Positions 51,716 to 64,000 of a DNA stretch of 64,000 bases are shown here, piece after piece. Position 1 is the stretch's first letter. Each line of letters opens with the position of its first letter. The position numbers were made by a program, and so were the translations under genes. Under the pieces are notes generated by a model. The model searched no databases and was not told where the DNA came from. It saw only the letters and a program-made list of their open reading frames with translations. Where the stretch lies: positions 1,119,884-1,183,883 of the forward strand of contig MU054001.1 in assembly GCA_013239625.1 (NCBI GenBank). Reading direction: 5' to 3'. The DNA is from Lama guanicoe. Lineage: Eukaryota.

Positions 51716-52809
51716 AACTTTGACCTGAGTAATAAACTTTATGAGGGAAGAGCTTTGGCCACATTCATGGGCGCTGAGCTGGTTCTAAAGGAGTGAACAG
51801 AACCAAGAGGAGCAGCTATTACATGTGAACTCTTCTGTTGAGAGCTTGCCCTGCTCGTTGACTCATTCTTCTCGTTAATTAAACGGGAGACTGGTGGGAG
51901 CCACCCCAGCTCCCTCCCTGTCCCTTCCCAGTCCACTCACGGGAGCTGCTGAAGATGCGGAGGGCAGCTCATCACTCAAGCAAAGGCAGTCAGAGTGACT
52001 TCACTGTGGAGGGGCCTGGAAATGGGTGGGAAGGGGCCCCAGGGAGGGAGAGTGTCTGCCCTCTTAATGCAGATGAGGGTTCCAAACCTCTCCCATGTGA
52101 CTTGCCTGTGGCTGAGGCAAGGCTCTCTAAACTATGGAGTTAGTTGGCTTTTTAGTTCAAGGCTGGGCCCAGAGATTTATGTTCCTAGTGTGACCGGACT
52201 CACCATCCATCACGATTAGTTACAATAAAATCTCTCTTCGTGTTTTTAAAAGCCCTTCGAGTTACATTCCATTATGCAGTTAACATATCGCAGATGGTCG
52301 GGCCATTGTTCGACCAGGGAACCAGTTTTTGATCTCTGAAAAGGAGGGCAGGGAACCAGCACTTGACCTCCCCAGAGGCCCTGGAAACCCTGAGCCCGGA
52401 GTAGAGAAGAGAGAACAAAGGGTGGGGGGGCCGACTCACCCCCGAGAACCTGGTGGTCGGGCTGAAATGAGTGACTGAACAAAGCAGAAGGGCTTGGGTT
52501 ACCGGCCTTTTTCTTGAGGGAACTTAACCTGGATGCCCTCTGGTCTCTCGAATATCCAGTCTGTCTTCTCCGAAACAGCTCAGTGCTGTCTCTAAGGCAG
52601 GCACTCTCCCAGGCTAGTTTGTATCCGACTCATTCAATTAACGTGGGATAGAAAGCCCCCTCTGGGAACTCAGAGGATGAGAGGTGAAGGAACAGTAGTA
52701 TGTTGTCCCCCTAAACTTGCAGCTCCCTCCTCCCATCACTGCCCACCCTGCTCTCAGTAAATGCCACTGGCTGGTAGCCTGGGCCTTGAGGCAGATTTTG
52801 TTTTGCTTC

Positions 52810-53197
52810 CAAATAGTCAGTTCCCTCCTGTGAAAGGGTCCCGTGGTCCTGCTCCCCACTGAGACTTGCAGTGCATCCTGTGGGAGGAGTATATAACCCC
52901 GCCCTTGACATTGGCTTGGCCACATGACTTGTTTTAGCCAATGGCACTGAGAGGCTAGGAGGGAGGCGGAAGCTTTCCAAGTCATTGCGTGTTTCTGCTT
53001 ATTCTCTTCCTCCCTATCTATCCAGAAGAGAGCCTGCTCCTTCACGCTGGATCCTTACAACGAAATAGATGTGTGTGAAGCAGATTCAGCAACCTACAGT
53101 GACCTTCAGTTGACATGGGGCCTAAGTGAGAGATAAACTGTTTTGTAAGCTATCGAGATTCTCGGGCTGTTTGCTACTGCAGCATAACTCAGTAACA
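52810..53197 (+). mobile_element. MLT1 (H/I/J-like) solo LTR
   Basis: ggcttggccacatgacttgttttagccaatgg...gtgagagataaactgttttgtaagctatcgagattctcggg...actgcagcataac...taaca. Confidence 0.8.
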
Positions 53198-53249
53198 TCA
53201 GAAGAATTCAGGCCCCCAGCTGAGGGGTTGTCCCTGATTGCCTTCTTTC

Positions 53250-53945
53250 CCTCAGTGTCCACACTGCATCTGGACCAAGTCCTGCCATCTCAACCACAAC
53301 TCTGTCTCACATCCATCTACTTTTCTCCATCTTTGCTGCCAACACCTCCATCCTCTGGCTCCTGGACCACTGAGCACTCCGCTCCCAGTTTGCCTTCTCT
53401 CTCTGCTCCCATCCTTTCTTCACTCAGCAGCTGGGCTATTTTTCAATCAATGAAAGTCAGATGATGCCATGCCCATGCTTAAACCCCCTTCCAAGATGTC
53501 TCATCATTTTTACAAGAAAAGTCAACCTCCTTGCTCTGCCCCCAGGCTCCGTGTGCCCAAGCTCTTCCCAGCAACTCATATGTGTCCCTGTCATGTGCCC
53601 TGCCATCTGCCCCCTGGGCATCCTCTCTCTTCCTCAAACACACCCATTCTTTTATTGTCCCCAGATCTCTGCCTGGACTGTTCTTCCCCAGATCCGGCCA
53701 CTTCTCCAGGAATCGGTACAAACATCACCGGCTCAGAGAGACCTCCCCTGACCAGCTCCTTCTCTCTCCCAACTCTAGGCAGCTCTCATCACCACTTACA
53801 ATTATTGTGTTTGTTGCCTTATTTTCTTTCTGTTTGCCCCCTACACTCCACAGACTAGAATGTAAACCCCATGAGAGAAGGGACAGTTGTCTTCTCTGTT
53901 GTACCCCCAGCACATGTGGGTGCTTGATAAATATTTGTTGAATAG
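53250..53945 (+). mobile_element. L2 LINE 3' region with terminus
   Basis: tgcttaaacccctt...agactagaatgtaaaccccatgagagaagggac...cccagcacatgtgggtgcttgataaatatttgttgaat. Confidence 0.85.
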
Positions 53946-54344
53946 TATCTACCTAAACAGAATGCCTTTAGCCAACCTTCTGCTGTATGGATGAAGGAAC
54001 AAGGGTCTGAATCTCAGAGAGTCTGTGCCTGGCCAGGGCGCCCACTGCCCCTAGTTAGCTGGTGGCAACACCTGAAGATGATCCCCGATCTCCCATCCAA
54101 TCGGTGCCTTCCTCTCTGTCACACCTCCTCTCCTCCTTGTGAAGACCTTTACTTTAGTCTCCTTTCCTTACTTGTTCCTGCATTTAACATCCACTGAGAT
54201 CAGAAACTTTTTTCCGATGCCTAATATATAGCCCTCAAGCAGCCAGCTTATAGCCCCATGAACTCAACCACTGACCTGTTAAGAATCTGGTAAAGAAAAT
54301 GGCCATGACTCCACTCCCAGTCTGTAAAAGGATGGTACCATCCT

Positions 54345-54495
54345 TGAGCACTCGCATGTATTAACTCATTTCATCTCCTTTTTTCAATCTCCTTTTTCTG
54401 GCAAAGACTCAGAGGCACAGCTTGTGACTGGTGGAGCAGGGATTTGAGCCCAGGTAGCCTGGCTCTAGAGACTGGGCACCGACCTACTGTGTTAT
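54345..54495 (-). mobile_element. MIR fragment
   Basis: atgtattaactcattt...gtggagcagggatttgagcccaggtagcctggctctaga. Confidence 0.75.
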
Positions 54496-54777
54496 CCTGA
54501 CCAGATCAGCAGCCTGTGGGGCGCTCCCAAGTCATCCACCAGAAATAATGCCCTCCATCAATGCACCTTCCAAGAATTTAAACACGTTTTCAAAATCCAG
54601 CCACATTTCTTTCCTGTCCCAAGGTTCTGCGATGTTATGAAAAAAACAGAAACAAAAACCAAAAAACAAAGCCTGATCTCTGAAGCTGGTAGGCAGGGTC
54701 TGCACATCGGCTGTCATTCACAGAGCACTGACTACACGCCAGACACCCAGCCATGGACTTAGCGTGCGTTCTCTTGT

Positions 54778-54895
54778 TTGACAGGGAAGGAAACTGAGGC
54801 TTAGGATGAGTGCATTGTATAAGCTCCCAGACAGAGAGAGAGAATATTCCAGCCCAGACAGTGTGATTAAATGACTATGGTCAAGATGCTTAATC
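54778..54895 (-). mobile_element. MIR fragment
   Basis: acagggaaggaaactgaggcttagga. Confidence 0.55.
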
Positions 54896-54902
54896 CAGGG
54901 CA

Positions 54903-55055
54903 GGGAGGAGGGGTATAGCTCAGTGGTAGAGCACATGCTTGGCATGCACAAGGTCCTGGGTTCAATCCCCAGTGCCTCCATTAAGGGGAAAACTTTAAAA
55001 ATAATAAATTAAATAAAAATAAATATATGTGAAAAATTTTTTTAATTAAAAAAAC
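54903..55055 (+). mobile_element. Vic-1-like SINE with AT-rich tail
   Basis: ggggtatagctcagtggtagagcacatgcttggcatgcacaaggtcctgggttcaatccccagtgcctcca followed by an AT tail. Confidence 0.9.
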
Positions 55056-56749
55056 ACTCAGTTCTTCTGCATCTCATGTAACTTATCTACACAATGACCC
55101 AAACAAGTAACACAAACTCACAAAACACAGGGCACTACGTAGCACATAGTAGGCCGTCAGATGGTAGAGCTACAAACAGCAAAGAGGCTCCCCCGCCAAT
55201 GGGCACAATTGTTCATTAGAAATAATTGCCTCGGCCTGACTACCAAGCAGCCAGAGATTTCAGTGACTCCTGAGAAAAGTATTGATCCACTAACGACCCA
55301 CCTAAATCGCCAGAAAGCCATCTGCAAACAAAACGCGCTTGAGAAATCAGTTGTCACCAGCTCCTTAACCTTCATGGCTGGTGGGGTCAGACGGCAAGCT
55401 TCATTCCCTAATGTTGTGGTTCCCCCCACCCTGCCCTTCCTGAGCCTCTGAGCTCGCTGCTAACCTTTCCAGACCCTCCACCTCCCAGCTAAAAAGGACT
55501 CGAGCCCAAGGTGACCCCAGAGGGCTCCAAATCAGATACATTTTCTCCAGGAAGGCAGAGCGTTTCATCTCCCGCTTATCCCTTGCATGATCCATCCCGG
55601 GGACGCAGCCGTGGGGCTGGGAGCATGACAGATCCATCTCATTAGGCGGCGAATTCATCACACCTTCTGTCTCCACTCGAAGTGCTTCTCAGCCCACCCC
55701 GGCCTCGTCTCTCTGTCACTACGATCTATTCAAGGGCACACCCACTGGCTGAACCACAGGGAGGTGGGCTTAAATGGCTTCACTTGAAAAATACCAGGGG
55801 TCCCTCCCTGAAGGCCTTCCTTGGTTTATTCCCATTGCAGATCTGGAACTCTGGCTGGGCCTGGGCTGCTGGTTGGAAGCTGGCGGAGGGGAGGTGGGCC
55901 AGCAGAGACGGAGGAAAGTGCCAGTCTGACTTGAGACCCCACACATCAGATGTCAGGGGTCTTTGTCAAATGAGGAGAGCAAGATGGCGTCCCTGAGTAG
56001 ACCACGGGCATCTTCCAAATTTCAGAGCACCACCATCTGCCCAGGACTCCTGGTTGGATCCCTCCTGCTCTGAGATAGACTGGGTTTCCAAAGGACCATT
56101 TGAAGACTCCAGGTAGCTCTGTGAGTGAATTCCATCAGAGCCCAGAGGCAGGCTTTGTCAGAATCACAAGCCTTTCAGAGGGCAAAACCCATAAGTGGCC
56201 TTCAAAGAGACAAGGACTGCTGTGGCTCAGACCATCTGCCCAGCAGAGAGCAGGACAGAAGAGATGCCCCTAAGGCATTAAGATTAGTGGCGTCTACCAC
56301 AGAACTGGATCAAGGCCACATCGGGAGGGCTCTCTGCCTGATCTTGGTGGGGAGAATATGTCACTCAGATTGACCTTGAGTGAAAGCCAAGAGGCCAAGG
56401 GAAGGTTTGAAGAAGCTCACAGAGAAGAACTCAGTATCTGTCTCTGCCTATATTTTAAAGAGTTTTAAAGCAAGTAAGAATGAGTTGCTCCTCTCAAGTG
56501 AGGTGAAAGAGAGCTGTAACCAGAGATCACCCTGGCCCACAATTTATTCCTTGAACATCTCTCAACCTATCTTTGGAAGCAGTGTCCCAGTTGTGTCCAT
56601 GGTGCAAACCCTCCGTGTCCTTCCTCGAGAGCCTTTTGAGAGAGAGCCCTGGCCAGCTCAAACAGGAAAAGATCACCTTAAAACAGAGATGGGCCGCTAC
56701 CACCTGAATGTTGCTCAGTATTGTCTTGGACAAGACATTAAAGGTGTTA

Positions 56750-57850
56750 AGAGCCTTTGGACAGATAGGACACCAAAAATATAAGCCATCGCAGAAAAAA
56801 ATATATAAATTGGACTTCATCAAAATTAAAAATTTGTTCTTTGAAAGGCATTCTCAAGAAGGTGGAAGACAACACACAGAATGAGAGAATAACTGTAAGT
56901 CAGTCTCTGAGAAAGGGCTAGTACCCAGAATATATAAAGAACCCTTACGAGTCAACAATAAAAACAGAAATAACTCAAAAGATGAGCAAAGGCTTGGAAC
57001 AGTCATTTTTCCAAAACAATATACGAATGGTAAATAAGCACACAGAAACATGCTCAACACCATTAGCTGTTAAGGAAAATTAAATTAAAACCACAATGAG
57101 ATACTACTTCATACCACTAGGACAGCCATCATCAAAAAGATGGACAATGTTACATGTTGGTGAAGATGTGGAGAAGTTGGAATCCTCATACTCTTCTGAT
57201 GGGAACATAAAATGGTGTAGTTGCTTTGGAAAACAGTTTAGCAGTTCCTCAAAAAGTTGAACATAGAGTTAATATGTGAACAGCAATTCCACTCCTAGGT
57301 ATATATGTGGGAGAAGCAGAAACTCACCCACACGGAAACTTGCACGCAAATGTTCATAGCATAAGCATCCGTAAGAGACCCAGAGTGGAAACAACGAAAA
57401 TATCCATGAATTAATGAATAATTAATATGTATATATCATAGATATTATGTAGATATAATATATAAATAAGTAATATATGGTCTGTCCGTACCATGGAGTA
57501 TTATTAAACCATAAAAAGGAAAGAACTGCTGATACACACTACGACACAGATGAACCTTGAAAACATTATGCTAAGTGAAAGATGCCAAGCCCAAAAGCCA
57601 TGTCTTGCACATATTGTAATATTTCATTTATATAAAATCCATAGAGACAGAAAATAGATTAGTGGTTGCCAGGGACTGGGGAAAAGGGAGAACAGGTGTG
57701 ACTTCTAATGGTTTCTTTTGCGACCAATGAATATGTTCTAATGCGAGTGGTGATAGTTGCATAACTTTGAGAATGTACTAAGAATCAGTGAATTGTGCAC
57801 TCTAAGAGGGTGCATTTTATGGGATGTGAATTAGCTCTCAATTCAAAAAA
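56750..57850 (+). mobile_element. L1 (L1MB-like) ORF2 C-terminal part and 3' UTR
   Basis: ttggacttcatcaaaattaaaa...aaaaccacaatgagatactac...cagcaattccactcctaggtatat...gaaccttgaaaacattatgctaagtgaaa...tgtgaatta...caattcaaaaaa. Confidence 0.92.
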
Positions 57851-58630
57851 ACCTCATCAGCAGTGACTGCAAGAATCACAGTCAGACTTAAGCTCGAGAA
57901 GGGTGCACGTGCTAACCATCCGAGCTCAGGAAGGTGGTGGGAGTCACTGTAAGAGCCTGAGCTCCTGTTTTCACCTGATGGCTCCTCTTGGGGCAGGAGA
58001 AGATGAAGCCTTGGAACCTCAGGAGGTGCCCAGGAGCAAAGGGAGAGGCGTTCAGAGTGGAGTGGAGGCGGGGGGAGGGAAGGGGGCAGGGGTCCACAGT
58101 TAGCATGGCTCTTGGGCACGGATACCCTAGAGGAAAAGGGGCGGTGAGGGGGCTGCCTATCCCAGTAGCCGACAGTGCTACAGAAGGCAGCCCACACTGT
58201 TCCGCTCATCAGATCCCCAGCTCTGGCAGGAGCATCTCCTGTAACTGGCTTTCAAACAGAAGGCAAAAGTAACCAACCCTCCTGCAGCCCCAGTTTCCCT
58301 GGCTACAACGCCACACCTTGGACCTCCCGGTGGTGCAGGAAGCAGCATCCCCAGTGTCCAGGTCCAAAGGTATCCTTGCCCCTCTGGTTGTCACTCTGGA
58401 GCACTGCCAGAGCCAATGGAGGTCACATCTGAAGATGGAATCTGACAGGCCTAGTGGACCCGACACCCTCAGCCTGGGTTTCCATCACAGAGCCTTAGCG
58501 CCACAGTGCCCACCTCAGTTCTCAAAGATTCCGTACAGGCCCATTACTTGGCAGAGTCCGAAGAACATCTCAGAATGTCAAAACTCCATTTCAGGCCGAT
58601 GAAAGGCTTAGTTCCAATAAAGATGCTGAG

Positions 58631-58720
58631 GGATTTTTTTTTTTTTAATGGAGGGGGATTGAACCGAGGACCTCGCACATCCTAAGCATGTGCTCTATCC
58701 GTGAGCTCTACTCACACCCC
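58631..58720 (-). mobile_element. Vic-1-like SINE with TSD
   Basis: T-tail plus ggggattgaaccgaggacctcgcacatcctaagcatgtgctcta; aagatgctgag at 58620-58630 and 58721-58731. Confidence 0.9.
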
Positions 58721-59269
58721 AAGATGCTGAGTTTTACATGTTCACGGGGAATCTTCTGGGTAAAATCATGTAACCATCCTGTCACTTAAAGCGTACATCC
58801 GAGAGAGCCTAACTCCAAATACAGTAAGCAAAACAGCAGCACAATGACCAGATGTAGCCGTGGCTCAGGATGTGGCTTGTGAGAATGGAGCATCCTTTGT
58901 GTGAGGCATTTTTGTCTGGGTGATTTACTTTAAGGGGCGCTCCACCCCCAAATATTTTTCTCACTGAATTTTGTACTTGTGCCATCAGCAGTGCATTTCC
59001 CTGTGTTTAAACAGCAAATACTCCTGGGAGGTCTCCCTCTCTTGTTAGTGTACATGAGTGCTCTGGTGGGGATGAGGGATTGTCAGAAGGGGCATTTGGA
59101 AAGGGGCATAAGACACAGGAAGAACAGGGATAAAGGACTGAAATCAGCCATGTCGAAGTTTTGCTAAGGGCTGCTTTCACATCTCGAGCCAAGTTGAATA
59201 CATTTTTTCTGATCTGCAGAGACAACGACGACTATGGCTTCATTCTACTGTGGCAAAGAATGGGTCAAG

Positions 59270-59980
59270 AAGAAATGAGGACCACAGTGAGCTACCACTT
59301 CACACCTGTTAGGATGGCCAATGTTAAAAAAAAAAACTCAGAAAACAGTGTGTCAGCATGGAAGTGGAGGAATGGGACCCTTGTTCGTTGCTAGCGGGAA
59401 TATAAAATGGTGCAGCTTCTGTGCAAAACAGCATGGCAATTCCTCAAAGAGTTAAAAATAGAACTATCATATGATCCAGCAATTCCATTTAGTGGTATAT
59501 ACTCAGAATAATTAGAAGCAGGGACTGGAACGGATATTCGTGTACCAATGTTCATAGCAGCATTATTCACAACAGCCAAAAGTTGGAAACAACTCAAGTG
59601 TCCATCAGTGGATGAATGGATAAACAAAATATTATTCAGCCTTGAAAAGGAAGGAAATTCTGACACATGCTCCAACATGGACGAACCTTGAGGACATTAT
59701 ACTAAGTGACATAAGCCAGTTGCAAAATGACAAAGGCTACATGATCCCACTTATAAGAGAGACTTAGCATAGAAGTGTGGTTATCAAGGCCTGGGGGTGG
59801 GAAATAGAGAGCTAGCGCTAGACGGGTACAAAATTTCAGTATAAGAAGATTAAAAAGTTCTGCAGATGGACAGCCGTGATGGTTGGACATGAATGTGGAT
59901 GTACTTAATGCTACTGAACTGAAAAATAGTTAAACTGGTAAATTTCATGTTATGTGTGTTTTGCCACATTAAAAAAAAAT
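59270..59980 (+). mobile_element. L1 (L1MB-like) 3' end
   Basis: accacagtgagctaccacttcacacc...atgatccagcaattcca...gtgtccatcagtggatgaatggataaacaaaat...aaaagttctg...ttttgccacattaaaaaaaaa. Confidence 0.92.
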
Positions 59981-61571
59981 TCTTTTGAGGAAAGAAAAGG
60001 AATTCAGTAGAGCAATGAGGTGACAGCACTCAGGCTGTTATAAGGCTGAGGACTCATCGAATGGAGGGATGGAGAGTGTGGGGTGAGGATCAAGAAGGAG
60101 CTGAGGACAAGCCCCAGGTGCTGTCAGAGCAGCATAGCCAAGTCACAGAGAGAGAGAGAGAGACTCCAGGCCGGAGGGCACCTTTAAGAGTCACATTCAT
60201 TCATGAGGCCTTCTTATTAACCTCCGGATTGTTTTTAAATTTTGAAGAAAGACCAAGAAAAGAAAGCATTATCACGAAGTAGTGGGGTTTTTCCAAGGGT
60301 CTGTCTGCCAACATGCTACAATAAATGAACATCTAGACACTTAAAAGTGTTATTTGGGAAGACAGCTGACCAAAAAAGAAATCCAAATTAACTATCCGAT
60401 GCTCTATAAAATAAGTCTTTAAATATTTTATAGGATCCCTCTTCGTTCAAACAGAGTTTTTATAAGCCAGCAGTCGGCCCTGCTCCCACCTTCTGTAGGA
60501 AGCGGTAGATCAGAGATCACAGCATGCATGTCTTTCCTGCCGCCTGAGTCCAGTGAATTGTGGATTCAATTCAAATGATAGCATTGCTGACAGAATGAAC
60601 CCGGTCTTCACCGCACAGATCCCTCCCTCCACCCTCTTACCAGCTGGGAGCCCTCCCGAAAGAACAATAGATTTCTAAAATGAGCAAAACAAAGGAGTCG
60701 CGAATGAACAGCTCTTGGAAATAAGTAGGTCAAGACACAATCAATTTCCAAATCTGAAATTATGTTTGAAAAATGTACCTTTAATACAGGAGTCGGCTTC
60801 GGCCCTCTGGGGCGAGGCATGTAAAGTTTAAAGTTCCTGAGTGGCTGCTTTATCAGGTAGCCTGAAGTTTACCCTGGAGGTTAAGCAATAAAATGGAAAC
60901 AAAAATAATTTAACAGTTTTGCAGTTAGTTTAACCCAGCAACGGCTTCTTAAATGGCATTCACCTTCCTGGAGCTTGCCATGCTCATAAAGCTACAAGAT
61001 GCATTTCAAAGCTATGAATTTGCTAAATAGAACTTCATTTCCTCTTCTTATTAGAGGTAATTAAATTTATTAGACGTCAGTAAAAGCCTTGTAAACAGAA
61101 AATATGAATGCTTATAAAAGTCTGCCCTCTCTTTTCAGCCTAATAATTAAGATGCAACGAGAAAGCAGCTAATAACAGCTCATAATTTATGAGGTGTCAT
61201 TCACCCCCGAATCTGAGACATATTGTGGAGGTATTAAAGACTGAAATGAAAATAATACCCACTGAAACACATTATTTATTAAACACATAACCACTCAGAG
61301 AAATAAACACATCACACGCAGAACTTGATATTTCTGATGGAAACACTATATACATCATCTCCTGCTTTGGATATATTACCCATCAAGTCAAATCCTTAAA
61401 TCAAAGTCACGACTTGTTTAAATGCAAACGGCCCGTGGCAGCCCAGCAAGCCCCAAATTTCCACTAGACATTCACCTTGATGTCGGTTTTCAAAGACTGA
61501 GTCACAGTGAAGGTTTTTCATTATGATTGTTTTTAACATTCTCAAAAGAAAAGAAATCCCCCGGCAAGCAT

Positions 61572-61597
61572 TAGAGAGAGAGAGAGAGAGAGAGAGA
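61572..61597. repeat. (AG)n microsatellite
   Basis: Direct reading. Confidence 0.95.
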
Positions 61598-62194
61598 AAC
61601 AGGAGGGGAAACAAGGAAAAGGCTCTAAATAGAAGAGCAGGACTCATAAATTAACAAAAGCATTTCCCACCCTCCAGCACAGATGAACTTAGAAGCAACT
61701 GTGGAATCGATGCCCCCACCCCAATGATGTTACCGAACCCCAGATGGAATCTCTTTTTATTGCAGTGTAATAACGTACTTTACATCTTTATCAACAGTCC
61801 AGCGGAAGCCTGTACTTTGAGCTCTTGGGAGTAAATAGTGATGGAAGCTTTAGATGCCATATTTCATCAAGGCAAAGATGCTCTTGATTATCAGCTACAT
61901 CATTATTTTATGTATTGCTACAAGAGAACAAATAAAATGCTGCTAATTAAACTATGACATGCTGTCATTGCAAGGTGGATCTTCATGTCAGAGACGGGAA
62001 AACTGAAAAAAAAAGGCATTTTAGAATTCACACAGTACAGCCCATAAAAGTCAATGAGGTAAAGATGAGCATCCATTAACTGTTATATTGGTTATAGTAT
62101 AATATGTGAAATATATCTCCATAAAGCTATTATTTTAAAATGTTATTTTGGACTTAATGTTGAAAATCCTAATAGTCAATTCTGTAATAATCAA

Positions 62195-62430
62195 TTGGTC
62201 AGGAAAGGTCTCACTTTAAAGGTGACAGGTGAGGAAGGACCTAAAGAAGGTGAGGGAGCTGTGTGGGTATTTGGAAGAAGAGGGTTCTGAGAGCACAAAG
62301 AGCAAGTGCAAAGGCCCTGGGGTGAGTGAGTACTTGGTACAGAGAATCCAGAGTGAATGATGCAAAGAGAGCTACGCAGGGGTGCGAGTTGGGGTGAAAA
62401 GGGTCACAGGAAATTAGAGCAATGAGGTGA
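62195..62430 (-). mobile_element. L2 fragment
   Basis: tggtcaggaaaggtctcact...aggtgaca...caagtgcaaaggccctgggg. Confidence 0.75.
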
Positions 62431-62874
62431 CAGCAAAAATAAATTTTCCTCCAGTTCTCTATGAAGTTGAACAAAAAATTTTAGAGTATTTAAGAATAAT
62501 AAGAATATATATACATTTTTTAATTTAGGAGATGGTTACTCATCACTTCCAAATCCAAACTCTACCTTGGTAGCTTCTAGAATAGTTTAAGAATCTGTTT
62601 ACCCTAGCATCCCTGCCATCTTTGCAGATGGTCCCACTCAAAGCAGTTGCCAACTCCAGGTCGTTCAGACAGGACATGTTCATTAGACCACCTCCCCGCT
62701 ATGAAGTGCTTGGACTGCTTTCAAACTGCAGATTCCTTGAGATGGTGCCTTTGTTTTGCCATCAGGGATCAGAAATTGCTCTTTTGTATAATAATGCTCA
62801 TGGCAAACCTGCTGCCTTTCCTGGTTACCCCCCAGGACCAAAGAGCAAAATTTCTCCCTCAAAAAGCTAGGTTT

Positions 62875-63142
62875 CTCTTTTTTGAGCAATTACTCTGAGT
62901 CTTGCTCCATGCTAAGAGCTTTGTGTACTTTCTTTTCTTAACCCTCAAGCAATCCTATGTCACAGGTGCTGTTAGTAGACCCACTGAACAGAAGGGAAGC
63001 AGAGGCACAGAGAGGTTAAGCAACTTGCCCATGATCACACAGCTCTGTGTGTCTGTGTTTGTGTGTGTAGGGAAGATCTGCTGGGACTGGAATCTAGCTA
63101 TGATTTATTTATTTAGCCCGGGTAGCTAACCACTCCACTGTA
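62875..63142 (-). mobile_element. MIR SINE
   Basis: gaggcacagagaggttaagcaacttgcccatgatcacacagct. Confidence 0.85.
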
Positions 63143-63274
63143 ACACATTGCTCTTATGTGGCAGTGGCTAGAAGTGGCTCTGTCTCTTGCCTTTACCAGA
63201 TCTGGTATCTTCTCTGTTTGGTGGAACCAATAACTTGGATGGAATTGAAAATGGTGCTAAGGTCAAGCTGGCAA

Positions 63275-63445
63275 ATAGGGGGTAAGTGCTCAGGCTCTGG
63301 AGCCAGGGTCCCTGGGTTCAAATCTTGCCTCTGCCAGCTACTAGCTGTGTGATCTGGGGGAAGTTATGTAGCCTCTCTGTGCCTAAATTTCCTCACCTGG
63401 AAAAATAGTGCGACAGTCATGTGAAGTCTTTAGAACTGTATCGTA
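63275..63445 (+). mobile_element. MIR SINE
   Basis: ggctctggagccagggtccctgggttcaaatc...ctagctgtgtgatctgggggaagtta...ctctctgtgcctaaatttcctcacctg. Confidence 0.88.
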
Positions 63446-63845
63446 GTTATCATTTCTGTCCTCGAGTTTCAAAGGACACGTAGGAGCACAGTCTAGGTCA
63501 GTGTATCCCAAATATGTTTGGTTAAAAGGTCATTTCAGATGACTAGAGGTGCCCATGACCTTGTCTGAAAGATTCTCATCAAATGATTGGGGAGAGGAGG
63601 TCTCCTTCCAGCAGGATGCATGAAGACATGGTAGCAGTGCCCAAGGGATGCCAGGTCCCGGGATGAGCGTCATTCTAGGGGACAGGACGGCGTGCTTTGG
63701 GTTTCCAGAGTGGAGTCACATCTTACGTGCATGAAATCATGTACAGTGACAATTACCCTTGAGGGTCCCCCAGGTTGATGGCATGTTGGAAATGGGCACA
63801 CTAGCTTTTATTGTCTCCAGCCTGGCCAATTTTTTTTAAAAAAAC

Positions 63846-64000
63846 CTTTATTTGGGAGTAATTATAGATTCACGGGAAGTTGCCCCTAAAATGTACATGA
63901 AGGTCTGCTGGGCTCCTCAGCCATTTTCTTGGTATTGTAACATCTTACATATGTGTTATATATAATATAATACCAAATTGTCCTATGATATCAAAACCAC
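63846..64000 (-). mobile_element. L1 (L1MC-like) 3' end, cut by window edge
   Basis: tttatttgggagtaattatagattcacgggaagttgc...taacatcttacata...atatcaaaacc. Confidence 0.75.

Noticed and set aside
54909..54980. Possible tRNA-Ala gene
   Set aside because: The anticodon stem is mispaired (CATGC/GCACA), the first acceptor pair is mismatched, the anticodon is GGC and an AT tail follows. Three related copies, two with TSDs, show it is a SINE.
1..64000. Assignment to a named gene locus
   Set aside because: I recognised no coding exon, so naming a host gene would be a guess.

Overview
Non-coding mammalian genomic DNA, most likely camelid (alpaca/vicuna/llama/camel). The evidence is four short tRNA-Ala-derived SINEs that look like Vic-1 and a cetartiodactyl-type L1 3' end. 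I found no credible protein-coding gene, rRNA, functional tRNA or CRISPR array. The ORFs are chance or low-complexity frames, or decayed L1 pieces. The window alternates ancient eutherian repeats (MIR, L2, L1M, MLT1 LTRs, and the hAT MITEs MER5, MER20, MER63, MER96) with long apparently repeat-free blocks rich in homeodomain, TALE and FOX motifs. That pattern is typical of a gene desert or large intron near a developmental regulator, but I cannot identify the host locus. Best-supported structures: a 5'-inverted (twin-primed) L1 with its target-site duplication, nested insertions, a perfect 68/80-bp tandem duplication, a small orphan CpG island and a (CA)n(CG)n tract. More speculative: candidate enhancers and minus-strand non-coding exons. 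Repeat calls are by eye from remembered consensus sequences, so subfamilies and boundaries are approximate. I see no evidence for a genuinely new biological system.
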